Notes: generated from the letters alone by a model not told the origin. A DNA stretch of 30,221 nucleotides from Terriglobia bacterium (GCA_965218585.1 CBDCLE010000016.1:1-30221), one strand, 5' to 3'. Shown: positions 9,120 to 19,539, counted from the stretch's first letter. Numbers and translations are program-made.

Positions 9120-9875
9120 CTACCCCTTTCGTGGGGGAGTCGGCAAGCCCGTTTTGGTGCGCCAACTCCGAGGCCCGCACTTGAGGATGTGGCCGTGATG
9201 GAGCAACCGATCCAGCATCGCAGTCACAGCCGCGCTGTCGCCGAGTAGTTTGCCCCAGTCTTCGACGGGCCGATTCGATGTCAGTAACGTGCTGGTTCGT
9301 TCATACCGTCGCATAACGATCTCGAGAAGTTCCTCTGCTGCAGTCGGGGGGAGCTTCCGTATCCCCAGGTCGTCGATGATCAGCAACGGGACCGTGGCCA
9401 GAGCCTCCATAAACTCCTTACGGGTCCCGTCGATGGTGGCTTCGGCGATGTCGTCGAGAAGGGCATGGGTTTCACGGTAGACGACCCGATAGCCTTGCTC
9501 GATGGCGGCCAGACCGATGGCCTGAGCCAGATGACTCTTGCCGGTGCCGGGTGGACCGAGAAACAAGGCGTCTTCGTGTCTGGAGATGAATGCGGCCGTG
9601 GCCAGATCGAAGACCAGACTGCGATTCATCTTCTTGTTGAAAGTGAAGTCGAAGCTGTCCAGCGTCTTGTGGGGATCGCGGAACCGGGCTTGCTTCCGCC
9701 GGCGTTCCAGCAGTCGGATGCTGCGACGGTCCAGTTCGTCGGAGACTAGGCGGGAGACCAGATCGATCGGCGCCATGGGTTCGGTCTGGGCCTGGTGGAG
9801 TCGTGTTTCCAGGACCTCGGCGATGCCGCCGAGACGGAGTTGTCGGAGAGCCCGCTGGAGTTCAATGAGATTCAT
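9120..9875 (-). CDS. istB: IS21 helper AAA+ ATPase IstB
   Basis: Walker A GPPGTGKSH, Walker B LLIIDDLG, TSN and LDRLLH; 4-nt overlap with the istA stop. Confidence 0.95.
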   Translation of the reverse strand: MNLIELQRALRQLRLGGIAEVLETRLHQAQTEPMAPIDLVSRLVSDELDRRSIRLLERRRKQARFRDPHKTLDSFDFTFNKKMNRSLVFDLATAAFISRHEDALFLGPPGTGKSHLAQAIGLAAIEQGYRVVYRETHALLDDIAEATIDGTRKEFMEALATVPLLIIDDLGIRKLPPTAAEELLEIVMRRYERTSTLLTSNRPVEDWGKLLGDSAAVTAMLDRLLHHGHILKCGPRSWRTKTGLPTPPRKG

Positions 9876-11320
9876 GATTGTTCCTGCTCCTGGATCTTGA
9901 GGTTGATGAGATCGCGATACTGGGTCAGTTCACGAATGAGAGGATCGACCTGACGGAGTGCGAGTGGAGGTCGCCGCTCCAGATAGCGGCGGAGGAAACG
10001 ATACTCGTAGACGTGGAGTTCCAGTGCCACAGCCGAAGCATCCTCGACGGCGGACACACCGTACCTCTTGGCCAGGGAGAGTACACCCAGGATGCGGCGG
10101 ACCGCAGCCTTCCCCTGTCGGCGATGAATCCCCTCACATAGCGTGCCGATATGGGTTCCGGCGCGGCGGGCGCGGGCGAGCAGTTGCACGGTAGTTAGGG
10201 GCGTCTTTTTGGGATTGTCTTCGGGGCGGACACGATATCCACCGCGTTTTTGACGGACATGCTCCCGCAGGAGTTGATAGGTGTTCGGGTCGAGGATCCG
10301 GACGTGGAGAGTGTCCCACTGCACTTTGACCGTTCGTCCGATCCAACCGGGCGGTAAACCGTAATAGGCCGCTTCGACTTCCACACAACCGTCGAGATGG
10401 ACGACACGCTGCCCGTACTTGTAGTAGCGGAAGGGTTCGATCGGCAGCCGCTTTAGCGACGGCTTCTCTTCAGCGAACATGGCCCCCACCTGCCGCTTGG
10501 TCGTGCCGTGGATGCGGGTGTCGGCCCACCGGTCCAGATACGCCTGAGCCTCCTCGAGGCTCTCGAAGCGCTGTCCCTTCAGTGGGGTCTTCTGGGCGTG
10601 TCCCACCCCGGACTCCACTTTCCCTTTGCGGTCTGGGTCGCGCACCCGGCATGGCAGGGCCACCACGCCGTAGTGAGCCAGCACATCCCGGAACAGCGGA
10701 TTCAGCGTGGGGTCGTAATACTCCGGGTCGATCACACCCTCGCGCAGGTTGTCCAGGATCATGAGACGGGGACTGCCACCCAGGCGCCGGAACGCGGTCT
10801 CGTGCAGCTGGGCCCAGATAAGGGAACTGGATTTGAAGCTCAGCAACCGCACGGATTTGCGGCTGTAGCCCAGCGTCATCACGAACAGCCGGGTCCGCCG
10901 GTACTTGCCGGTCTTCGGATCCCGAACCATGGGTCCGGTTCCGTAGTCGACCTGGGCTTCTTCTCCAGGGTCGGTTTGGATGATGCCGACCGCTACGGGA
11001 GACCGCACGCCCCGGAGTTTGCGAACGAACCGCTTGACCGCTTCGTAGCTGCTGGCAAAGCCATGATCCGTAACCAGGTCCTGCCAGATCGCCATCGCGT
11101 TGCGGCCACGCTCCAGCGCCTGTTCGATCGTCTCCCGGTACGGCTCGCAGGAACTGCTCGACGGTGGGCTCGACGACTCTGCCGGGACCGGATTCTCGGC
11201 CTCCGAGTCGGTGGTCACTTCGTTGGCCGGTTTTGAAATATCGGAATCGCCAACCCTTTCAACGACACCACTTACGCCGTCCGGGTCGGTGGTCACCTCG
11301 TTGGCCGGTTTTGGGTGACC
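9872..11320 (-). pseudogene. istA: IS21 transposase IstA lacking its N-terminus
   Basis: PGEEAQVDYG, LDNLREGV, PDRKGKVESGV, RIHGTT. The IR runs directly into the KPANEVTTD linker, with no start codon or HTH inside the element. Confidence 0.85.
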
Positions 11321-11327
11321 GCCGAGG

Positions 11328-12935
11328 CCAGTCCCAGTCCATCCAGCATCTTTCCATGGCGAGGATGTACTGAACTTCCGGGAGCGCATCGTTCGCCTTA
11401 ATGGCCCGCTCGATAGCCTCTCTTGCCCGGGGTCCCGCCTCAGAGGGGGCGCTGAAATTCATCTGCTGGCGAGCGGCCCATACGGCTGCAATGCCTGCGT
11501 AACCCAGCGCCGGCTCCTTCCTCCGCGCGCGCTCGAAATATTCGAGCGCAAGGTCCAGTTCAGCTGGCGTCAGTTTGTTCCAATGGAAATACCCTTTCTG
11601 GTAGGCATCGTAAGCTTCTGGATCGACCTGGCGGGTGTTGGCGAACTGATCCTGTTCTTCGGGCGTCAACTCAACGCTGATCTGCTCCGCAATCGCCAGC
11701 GTCACTTCGCTTTGGACAATGAGTACTTCCGCCAAGTCCCGGATATAGGAGTCTCCCCAGAGGATTTCTTCTGTTCGCGCATCGATCAGCTGTACCGTGA
11801 TGCGCAGTTGATCGCCAAAACGGCTGGCCGAACCTTCGACGAGCGCCCCCACCCCGAGTTCCCGTGCGATCTGGGAAATCGACTTATCGCTGTTCCTGTA
11901 ACGGGAGGCCGATGTACGTGAGATCACTTTCAGCGCCCGGATCTTCGCAAGCTCCGTGATGAGGCTCTCGGTCAACCCCTCGGAGAAATACTCCTGGTCA
12001 GGATTTCCTGAGCCGTTGGTCAGCGGCAACACCGCGATTGATGGACGCGTTCTGGCCGAGGAGGATGCAATACGGACGGACGGCTGACCGGCCTCGACCC
12101 GCTCGAATTCATGGACGGCGTCGGTGACGCTCGGCAGCCTGCGCTCCGAATCCTTCTCGAGGCACTGCCGCAGAAGCTCGTGCATCCGATCCGGAGTCGA
12201 TCGTGGCAAGGCGTCCCAATCTGGCGCCCGCTCCAGAATCGCAGCAATCGTATCCGCAAAGGTCTTGCGGGAAAACGGCTGTTTACCCGAAAGCAACTCG
12301 TATACGAGGCAGCCGAATGCCCACACATCCGCACGGGAATCCGTTGGCTCACCGCGGGCTTGCTCAGGGCTCATGTAGGCGGGTGTGCCCAAAATCTGGC
12401 CGGCCTCTGTAGCCACACTGAGCGTCTCCTGTTGCGAAAATTCGAGGTTCGCCCCAGCCAATACGTTCTTCGCCAGACCGAAATCCAGCACCTTGATGCG
12501 ACCCTCGGGGGTGAGCTTGATGTTGGCGGGCTTGATGTCCCTGTGCGCAATCCCCCTTGCGTGAGCCGACTCTAATGCCTCGGCAATCTGCAGGCCGACC
12601 CTCAGCACCTCGTCCACTGGAAACGGCCCGCTGCGATCGAGCCTCTCGGCCAGTGTTTCCCCTTCCACCAGTTCCAATACGATGTAACTACCGTCCTCCG
12701 ATTCCTCGAGACCATAGATTGACGCGATGTTGGGATGGTTGAGTGCTGCCAGCATTTTCGCTTCTCGCTCGAATCGAGCCCGGCGATCGGAGGACGCAGC
12801 AAACTCTTCAGGAAGGGTCTTAATGGCCACTTCACGACCTAATTTCGTGTCACGCGCACGCCACACTTCCCCCATCCCACCCTTGCCTAAGAGCGTTGAG
12901 ATCTCGTAGTGGCCAAGTTTGGTGCCAGATTCCAT
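11328..12935 (-). pseudogene. Hanks-type Ser/Thr kinase with TolB_N-like and TPR domains, 3'-truncated by IS21
   Basis: LGKGGMGEV, VAIK, HRDIKPAN, DFG, YMSPEQ; SIAVLPL.N..G.PDQEYFSEG domain; the TPR region is cut at WMDWDW. Confidence 0.9.
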
Positions 12936-13022
12936 GATTTTGAAGTGTCGTGCGGTCATAGACCCCACCTACAGAAAATATGGCTAAATATAACTATAGG
13001 TGGGAGTTATTCGCAAGAAAAG

Positions 13023-13060
13023 CCTCAAGTCCTCGCAAACGACCTTGTCAGACTCTGAGA
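13023..13060 (-). repeat. Divergent, inverted copy 5 of the 16-6-16 site
   Basis: Minus strand reads TCTCAGAGTCTGACAA-GGTCGT-TTGCGAGGACTTGAGG; the arms resemble copy 4. Confidence 0.55.
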
Positions 13061-13215
13061 TCCTGATTTCAGGAACTCAAAGCTTAAACCTTGCCTTATG
13101 TCATTAATTTGAGCTATTTAGACACCATGGATTGACCTGCCCTGGCCTCGTACGCGTGGGTTATGTTGCGGGGCGAGGAACCTTCGACACAGAGCCACAA
13201 CGAGGAGGGCAGGTC

Positions 13216-14346
13216 ATGAACAAGTGTAGTGCATACGTTGGACTGGACGTTCACAAGGACACGATCGCGGTGGCGGTAGCGCTGCCCGGACGTGAGGCGC
13301 CGGTGTACCGGGGCGAGATCAAGAATCAACGCAAATCGCTGCTGCGACTCATTCGCAGCCTGAGTCCGCACGCAGAGGTGTTGAGCTTCTGCTACGAGGC
13401 GGGACCGTGCGGGTATGGGGTGTATCGAGAGATCATCGACACCGGCCACTATTGCGAGGTGGTCGCGCCGAGCCTGATCCCGCGGCGCGCGGGGGAGCGA
13501 GTGAAGACGGATCGGCGCGACGCGGTGAAGCTGGCGCGGCTGCATCGGTCGGGGGAGCTGACGGCGGTGTGGGTGCCCGACGAGGAGCAGGAGGCGATGC
13601 GCGACCTGACGCGGGCGCGCGAGGACATGAAGGCGATCGAGGCCAAGGCTCGGCAGCGACTGGGGGCGTTTCTGCTGCGTCATGATCGAGTGTATCGGGA
13701 AGGCAAGAGCCGGTGGACGCAACGGCACTTTCGGTGGCTGGAGGAGCAGCGGTTCGAGCATCCGGTACAGCAGGTGGTGTTTCAGGAATACGTCGATACG
13801 GTGATGGAGGCGCGCCGCCGCGTGGCGGGCCTGGAAGGGCAGATGCGCGAGGTGTTGGAGCAGTGGTCGCTGCGTCCGATGGTCGAGGCGCTGATCGCGT
13901 TGCGCGGGGTGGATGTGGTCACGGCCATGACGGTGCTGGCCGAACTCGGGGACCTGACGCGTTTTGATTCGCCGCGCGAGCTGATGAGCTTTCTGGGGCT
14001 GGTGCCGAGCGAGCACTCCTCGGGGCCGCGGCGGCGCCAAGGAGCCATCACGAAAACAGGCAATGGACACGTGCGCCGCGTGCTGGTTGAATCGGCCTGG
14101 AGCTACCGGCTCCCTGCGCGCAAAACCAGGCACTTGAGATGCAAGGCGAGTGCGGCGCCGCCAGCAGTGCAGGCCATCGCCTGGGCAGCCCAGAAGCGGC
14201 TGTGTGCGCGGTACCGGCATCTGTATAGCGCGGGCAAGGCGAAGTGCGTGGTCACCACCGCGGTGGCCCGCGAGCTGGTGGGGTTCATCTGGGCGATTGC
14301 TTGCGAGGTGATGGGCCGAGCCCATGCAACGCGGGCGCGGAGCTGA
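13216..14346 (+). CDS. IS110 DEDD recombinase/transposase
   Basis: YVGLDVHK, CYEAGPCGY, KTDRRDA, GLVPSEHSSG, ITKTGN, AVARELVGFIW; GGAGG RBS. Confidence 0.95.
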   Translation: MNKCSAYVGLDVHKDTIAVAVALPGREAPVYRGEIKNQRKSLLRLIRSLSPHAEVLSFCYEAGPCGYGVYREIIDTGHYCEVVAPSLIPRRAGERVKTDRRDAVKLARLHRSGELTAVWVPDEEQEAMRDLTRAREDMKAIEAKARQRLGAFLLRHDRVYREGKSRWTQRHFRWLEEQRFEHPVQQVVFQEYVDTVMEARRRVAGLEGQMREVLEQWSLRPMVEALIALRGVDVVTAMTVLAELGDLTRFDSPRELMSFLGLVPSEHSSGPRRRQGAITKTGNGHVRRVLVESAWSYRLPARKTRHLRCKASAAPPAVQAIAWAAQKRLCARYRHLYSAGKAKCVVTTAVARELVGFIWAIACEVMGRAHATRARS

Positions 14347-14498
14347 GAGATGGGCCGGAGTTCTCCACACCTTGCCACTGCTCCGCCGTGTATTCGAAGC
14401 ACGCGGTGCCATGGACAAGGTGTGGAAAACTCCTCCGACGCCTCCCCGGGCGCAATGCCATCATGCGCTTCCGGAGCAAGGCTGGACCCAAAAAACGT

Positions 14499-14700
14499 AA
14501 TGTGTTGGATTCAGGGCGTGGCAGGCCGGTGAGGAGAATCCTCGTGCACGCTATGAGAGGCTTGGCTCAGCCAGACCGACCCACGTCCTTAGACCGAGGC
14601 AGCTCCGCGACGAAGTGATGTCAGGTGGTAGCCAACCCACGAATATCAGAGTGATCCACCGTCGCGAATCATGCCGGCCGCGCCCTGAATCCAGCACATT
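14499..14700 (+). ncRNA. Predicted bridge RNA/seekRNA of the IS1111 element
   Basis: Long closing stem (AATGTGTTGGATTCAGGGCG / CGCCCTGAATCCAGCACATT) enclosing two stem-loops. TGCACGCTA is the reverse complement of the reconstructed target TAGCGTGCA, and ATATCAGA matches the predicted circle junction. Confidence 0.75.
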
Positions 14701-14767
14701 GAAGGAGGCGCATTCGAGAAACGTAACGGAAGCTTGACAGGGTCAATCCATATCAGCGTGCAAACGC

Positions 14768-15538
14768 CTAAACGAACGCCGGTGAGACGTCAGCGCCTTC
14801 CTTCTGAAGCTTTGAATCGAAGAGCGTGTAGGGGTTGACGTTTGCCAGGGCCGCGGTGACCGATTCGCGCACATCGCCGTAATTCTGACTCATCCGCTCA
14901 AGGAATTCGCGGATATCCTTGCGCGGTCCGTCTTTCTCCGCACACACACAGCCTATCCCCACCAGGTCGTCCTGCTCGACGTATTCGCGGGTGAGTTCTT
15001 CGGAAACAAACACGAGGGGCCGGATGACACGGATCGATCCTTTGCGCGACTCTGCAACGGGAGGTAGTGCTGCAATACGTCCGTTGAACAGAACATTTCT
15101 CAGCAACGCTTCCGCACAGTCGTCGGCCGTGTGGCCCAGAGCCAGGACATCGCATCCTAATTCCGATGCGATCTCATAGAGAGCGCCCCTCCTGTTCCGA
15201 CTGCAGACATCGCATCCGTGTTCAACGCCATCCTCCACCAGACCGAGCGTTCTGGGTTCGTTCCTCACAACCCAGTCGATACCCATCTCGCCCAAAGGCT
15301 TCCGGAGCTTTTCAATGGGTTCAGTGAATTTCCCCTGTTCAATTGTTACCGCCACGATTTCAAAATCAAAAGGCGCACGCCGACGGTACGCACTGAGCGC
15401 ATGCAGGAGACACAGACTGTCCTTTCCTCCGGACACGCCGACCCCAACCCGGTCTCCGCTCCGAAGCATCTGGAAAGTACCCATGGCACGGCCGATACGA
15501 TCGAGGACTTTTCGTTTGACGTCGGTCTCGCTCATCAT
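14768..15538 (-). CDS. ttcA: tRNA 2-thiocytidine(32) synthetase TtcA family
   Basis: PP-loop SGGKDS, CDVCSRNRRG, LGHTADD, IRPL and a C-terminal CxC. Confidence 0.85.
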   Translation of the reverse strand: MMSETDVKRKVLDRIGRAMGTFQMLRSGDRVGVGVSGGKDSLCLLHALSAYRRRAPFDFEIVAVTIEQGKFTEPIEKLRKPLGEMGIDWVVRNEPRTLGLVEDGVEHGCDVCSRNRRGALYEIASELGCDVLALGHTADDCAEALLRNVLFNGRIAALPPVAESRKGSIRVIRPLVFVSEELTREYVEQDDLVGIGCVCAEKDGPRKDIREFLERMSQNYGDVRESVTAALANVNPYTLFDSKLQKEGADVSPAFV

Positions 15539-15548
15539 AATCTCCCGT

Positions 15549-16844
15549 TTACTTGCGGTTTCGATCTTTCTTCAGTCCGGTAACCCGGGCCGCTATTTCA
15601 CCCTCACTCACTATGACATCGATGTCCGCACCTTCCACCACATCGTCAACCGATCGGACCACTACCCCCTCCGGCGTACGGCACACGGCGTATCCGCGTT
15701 CCAGAACAGCCAACGGACTCAATGCATCCAGCGTCTCCGTGAGCCCCCGGAACCTTTCCTTCGACCTCTCGAGTTTCAATAGCGCCAGGTTCTCGACAGA
15801 AACGCGGGCGCGGTCCAAACTGTCAATACGAGATGAAAAGAAGCGGCCCGACGTCGCAAACTGTTCCAGGCGGAACGCATAGTCATCTACGCTTTGGGAC
15901 AGCTGGCGAATCCGCTGTTCGGCCACGAGAAACCCACGCCCACCGGCCCGTGTTGCAAGAAAACGACGCAGTTCCGATAGGCGGTAACGCACTGCGGCCC
16001 CCAGGCGGCCCCGAGCCCCTTCCAGTCTCTCAAGCACTTCCCTCTTGGATTGGACGACCATCTCGGCCGCGGCACTCGGCGTGGGAGCCCGTTGATCGGC
16101 CACCAGGTCGCTGATCGTAAAGTCGACCTCGTGGCCGACAGCAGAAATGACCGGCTTCTCGCACGAAAAAATAGATCGGGCCACAGCTTCGTCGTTGAAT
16201 GGCCACAGGTCTTCGATCGACCCGCCACCCCGTGTCACGATGACGACGTCCACGTCCGAGCCACACAGGTAATCGATACCTTCGGTGATCTGCCCCGCAG
16301 CCTTATCTCCCTGAACATCGGTCGGGTATATGAGGATGTCGATCGAGTCGTGCCGTCTCTCCAAGACGGACAGAATATCGCGAAGTGCCGCGCTTGCCGG
16401 AGACGTGACGATTCCCACTCGCGACGGAAACTCGGGCAATGACTGCTTGTGGATCGCTTCGAACAGTCCCTCTTCGTGTAACTTTTCCTTAAGCCGTTCG
16501 AAAGCATCCTGGAGCGCACCCCGGCCCGCAGGCTCGAGAACATCGACGATGATCTGATACTCGCCACGCGCTTCATAGGTGCTCAAACGGCCCCGGGCCC
16601 GGAACGATTCGCCGTCTCGCGGTTTGAACCGGAGGTACATCGCCGCACTCCGGAAACACACAGCCGGAAGCTGAGCGTTCTGGTCTTTTAGCGTGAAATA
16701 GATATGGCCGGCACCGGAACGGCGAAGATTGGAAACCTCGCCTTCGATCCAGACGTCACGAAACTCACCTTCAACCAGGTCTTTGATACGACGGCTGACT
16801 TCCCCAACCGTGTATATCTTCCGCTGGCCTGGACCCGTCTCCAT
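15549..16844 (-). CDS. xseA: Exodeoxyribonuclease VII large subunit
   Basis: GEVSN..GH.YFTLKD, RGGGSIEDLWPFN, SAVGHEVD, APTPSAAAE, SPLAVLERGY. Confidence 0.97.
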   Translation of the reverse strand: METGPGQRKIYTVGEVSRRIKDLVEGEFRDVWIEGEVSNLRRSGAGHIYFTLKDQNAQLPAVCFRSAAMYLRFKPRDGESFRARGRLSTYEARGEYQIIVDVLEPAGRGALQDAFERLKEKLHEEGLFEAIHKQSLPEFPSRVGIVTSPASAALRDILSVLERRHDSIDILIYPTDVQGDKAAGQITEGIDYLCGSDVDVVIVTRGGGSIEDLWPFNDEAVARSIFSCEKPVISAVGHEVDFTISDLVADQRAPTPSAAAEMVVQSKREVLERLEGARGRLGAAVRYRLSELRRFLATRAGGRGFLVAEQRIRQLSQSVDDYAFRLEQFATSGRFFSSRIDSLDRARVSVENLALLKLERSKERFRGLTETLDALSPLAVLERGYAVCRTPEGVVVRSVDDVVEGADIDVIVSEGEIAARVTGLKKDRNRK

Positions 16845-16861
16845 GCGCCTATCCCGCGTCG

Positions 16862-17917
16862 TCAGGCAACGGTAATTTCATCGGACAGATAGACATCCTG
16901 GATCGCGTTCAACAGTCCAACACCTTCGGCCATTGGGCGCTGGAACGCTTTCCGTCCCGAGATCAATCCCATTCCGCCGGCCCTCTTGTTGATCACAGCT
17001 GTCCGAACAGCTTCTTTGAGATCGCTCTTACCGCCCGATGCGCCACCGGAGTTGATCAATCCCGCGCGTCCCATGAAGCAATTGGCCACCTGGTAACGCG
17101 TGAGATCGATGGGATGATCCGACGTCAGATCGGAATAGACCTTCTCGTGCGTCTTACCGAACTTGAGTGCGGGAAAGCCCCCGTTGCTCTCAGGAAGTTT
17201 CTGCTTGATGATGTCGGCCTCGATCGTCACCCCGAGGTGGTTTGCCTGGCCGGTCAGATCGGCAGAAGCGTGGTGATCGGTGTCTTTCATCTTGAAGTCG
17301 GAATTCCTAAGATAGCACCAGAGAACCGTGCCCATTCCCAGTTCATGCGCATACTGGAACATCTCGGTGACTTCCTGAATCTGGCGCGCGGACTCGTCGG
17401 ATCCAAAATATATCGTCGCGCCCACTGCTACTGCGCCCATATCGAAGGCCTGGTCGATGCTGGCGAACTGAATCTGGTCGAAGGTGTTCGGATAGGTCAG
17501 AAGTTCGTTGTGGTTGAACTTCATGATGAACGGAATTCGATGAGCGTATTTCCGTGACACGGCCCCAAGAACTCCCAGAGTCGAAGCTACAGCGTTACAT
17601 CCCCCCTCGATGGCAAGCTCGACAATATTTGAGGGATCGAAATACAGGAGATTGGGAGCGAACGACGCACCTGCTGAATGCTCAATACCCTGATCGACAG
17701 GCAATATCGAGACATACCCTGTCTGGGCCAGGCGTCCCGATCCGACGAGCGTCTGGAGGCTTCTCAAAACGCGGGCCGGCCGGTCCGAAAGTCCATGGAC
17801 ACGGTCTACAAAATCGGGGCCGGGCAGATGCAGAGAGTCCCTGGGAATGGTCTTACATTCATGTTCGAGTAGTGCCTTCGCGTCGTCAGCGAGTATTTCC
17901 TGAATCTTTCCCATCAT
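16862..17917 (-). CDS. fbaB: Class I fructose-bisphosphate aldolase (DhnA type)
   Basis: [34 protein letters not shown]. Confidence 0.95.
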   Translation of the reverse strand: MMGKIQEILADDAKALLEHECKTIPRDSLHLPGPDFVDRVHGLSDRPARVLRSLQTLVGSGRLAQTGYVSILPVDQGIEHSAGASFAPNLLYFDPSNIVELAIEGGCNAVASTLGVLGAVSRKYAHRIPFIMKFNHNELLTYPNTFDQIQFASIDQAFDMGAVAVGATIYFGSDESARQIQEVTEMFQYAHELGMGTVLWCYLRNSDFKMKDTDHHASADLTGQANHLGVTIEADIIKQKLPESNGGFPALKFGKTHEKVYSDLTSDHPIDLTRYQVANCFMGRAGLINSGGASGGKSDLKEAVRTAVINKRAGGMGLISGRKAFQRPMAEGVGLLNAIQDVYLSDEITVA

Positions 17918-17986
17918 ATAGTCCTCTTGGCCGAAGAAAGCATGCGGTGGAGCACTGGGCGCTCCGTAGTATAACGAAGTTCAACT

Positions 17987-18205
17987 TCAACGCCGATTGA
18001 TCGCCATGAAGATCAGGCTGAGAATGATACTCAGCAGAATCGACGTGCCCAACGGAAAGTAGAACGAAAAGTTATCTCTCTGATAACGAAGGTCCAGCGG
18101 CAGGCGGCCGAAGCGGAACGGCAGACGCTCGTTGAACGTGAGTATCAGGCCCAACAAGACCATGATCACGCCGAAGACGATAAGGGCTCGACCCAGTTGC
18201 GGCAT
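17987..18205 (-). CDS. DUF2905 small membrane protein
   Basis: GRLP.D...NFSFYFPLGTSILLS pattern. Confidence 0.85.
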   Translation of the reverse strand: MPQLGRALIVFGVIMVLLGLILTFNERLPFRFGRLPLDLRYQRDNFSFYFPLGTSILLSIILSLIFMAINRR

Positions 18206-18238
18206 AAGCGCGCATCCTTCGAATCGCCTGCGGGCAGA

Positions 18239-18652
18239 CTAGACGATTTCTAGACGCCCGAAGAAGTATGAGATTTCAAAGGCGGCCGTCTCCGGCGCGT
18301 CGGAACCGTGGATCGCGTTCCGTTCGATGTTGGTCGCGAAGTTCTTTCGGATCGTCCCGTCTTCTGCTTTCCGAGGGTCAGTTGCACCCATCAAACTGCG
18401 TAACCGCACGATCGCGTCGTCGGCTTCGAGCACCATGACGATCACCGGACTCTCCGTCATAAACGCCACGAGGCTTCCAAAAAAAGGACGTTCCCGATGG
18501 ACGGCATAGAAACCTTCGGCGTCTCGGGTGGAAAGGTGCAGCATCTTGGCAGCGCGAATCCTGAATCCCGCATCTTCGATCATCGCGATTACACCACCCG
18601 AGTTACCCGCGCTTACCGTGTCCGGCTTGAGAATCGTCAGTGTTTCTTCCAT
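18239..18652 (-). CDS. ndk: Nucleoside diphosphate kinase
   Basis: ILKPD, FYAVH..RPFF, GTIR, NAIHGSD. Confidence 0.97.
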   Translation of the reverse strand: MEETLTILKPDTVSAGNSGGVIAMIEDAGFRIRAAKMLHLSTRDAEGFYAVHRERPFFGSLVAFMTESPVIVMVLEADDAIVRLRSLMGATDPRKAEDGTIRKNFATNIERNAIHGSDAPETAAFEISYFFGRLEIV

Positions 18653-18666
18653 AGCAGATATCTTGT

Positions 18667-19539
18667 CTAGGCAATAGCCTCTTCGATCGCTGGGCCCATC
18701 TCTGCCGGGCTCTTCACGACATGAATCCCCGCAGCCTGCATCGCCTTCATCTTTTCTTCGGCTGTGCCTTTTCCACCGGCGATAATCGCCCCGGCATGGC
18801 CCATCCTACGGCCCGGCGGTGCCGTCTGACCGGCTATGAACCCTACGACGGGCTTGCTGACATTCGCCTTGACGAAATCGGCCGCATCCTCTTCAGCATT
18901 GCCACCGATTTCACCAATCATGATGATGGCCTCGGTGTCGGGATCTTCGTTGAAGAGTCCAATTGCATCGATAAAGTTTGTGCCGATGAGCGGGTCCCCG
19001 CCAATACCGATGCAGGTGGACTGGCCTATATCCCGGGCCGTGAGTTGGCCCACTGCTTCGTAGGTCAGCGTCCCGCTGCGCGAGACCACACCCACACGCC
19101 CTTCGCGGTGAATATGTCCCGGCATGATGCCGATCTTACACTTCTCGGGAGAAATGATGCCCGGACAATTGGGTCCGATCAGGCGCGTGGAGGACTTGTC
19201 TTCCAGAAAAGCCATCGTCCGAATCATGTCGAATGTCGGAATGCCTTCAGTGATACAGACGACCAGTTCGATGCCGGCATCGGCAGACTCCATAATGGCG
19301 TCGGCCGCGAATGGCGGCGGCACGAAGACTACAGACGCGTTTGCACCCGTCTCTCGCCGTGCCTCATCGACGCTGTTGAAAACGTCGATGCCCTCATGCT
19401 TCGTGCCGCCTTTTCCCGGAGTCACGCCGCCAACGACATTGGTTCCATACTGAACCGCCTGGGCGGCATGAAAACTTCCTTCACGTCCGGTCAGGCCCTG
19501 AACGATCAGCCGCGTGGATTTGTCGACCAGAATACTCAC
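18667..19539 (-). CDS. sucD: Succinyl-CoA synthetase alpha subunit
   Basis: [32 protein letters not shown]. Confidence 0.98.
   Translation of the reverse strand: MSILVDKSTRLIVQGLTGREGSFHAAQAVQYGTNVVGGVTPGKGGTKHEGIDVFNSVDEARRETGANASVVFVPPPFAADAIMESADAGIELVVCITEGIPTFDMIRTMAFLEDKSSTRLIGPNCPGIISPEKCKIGIMPGHIHREGRVGVVSRSGTLTYEAVGQLTARDIGQSTCIGIGGDPLIGTNFIDAIGLFNEDPDTEAIIMIGEIGGNAEEDAADFVKANVSKPVVGFIAGQTAPPGRRMGHAGAIIAGGKGTAEEKMKAMQAAGIHVVKSPAEMGPAIEEAIA

Larger units (their letters stand above)
9066..11327 (-). mobile_element. IS21-family element, internally deleted
   Basis: Inverted ends CCTCAGTGGTCACTTCAAAACCGGCCAACG (from 9066) and CCTCGGCGGTCACCCAAAACCGGCCAACG (reverse complement, from 11327). 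istA-istB pair. No TSD seen. Confidence 0.85.
13120..14756 (+). mobile_element. IS110-family, IS1111-group element
   Basis: Sub-terminal IRs ATGGATTGACC (13127-13137) and GGTCAATCCAT (14741-14751). AG dinucleotide at both ends (13120-21, 14755-56). About 400-bp 3' non-coding region, with TTGACA at 14734 facing the junction. Confidence 0.88.

Noticed and set aside
11259-11389. Overlap of the kinase and istA ORFs as a real fusion or overlapping gene
   Set aside because: Artefact of both frames reading through the IS21 junction at ~11327.
13090-13110. TTATGTCATTA as a canonical dif XerD arm
   Set aside because: No XerC-like arm at 6-bp spacing.
13114-14418. 434-aa minus-strand ORF, and similarly 21061-22257, 5557-6471 and 2409-3335
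   Set aside because: Antisense to well-supported genes, with no recognisable domains.
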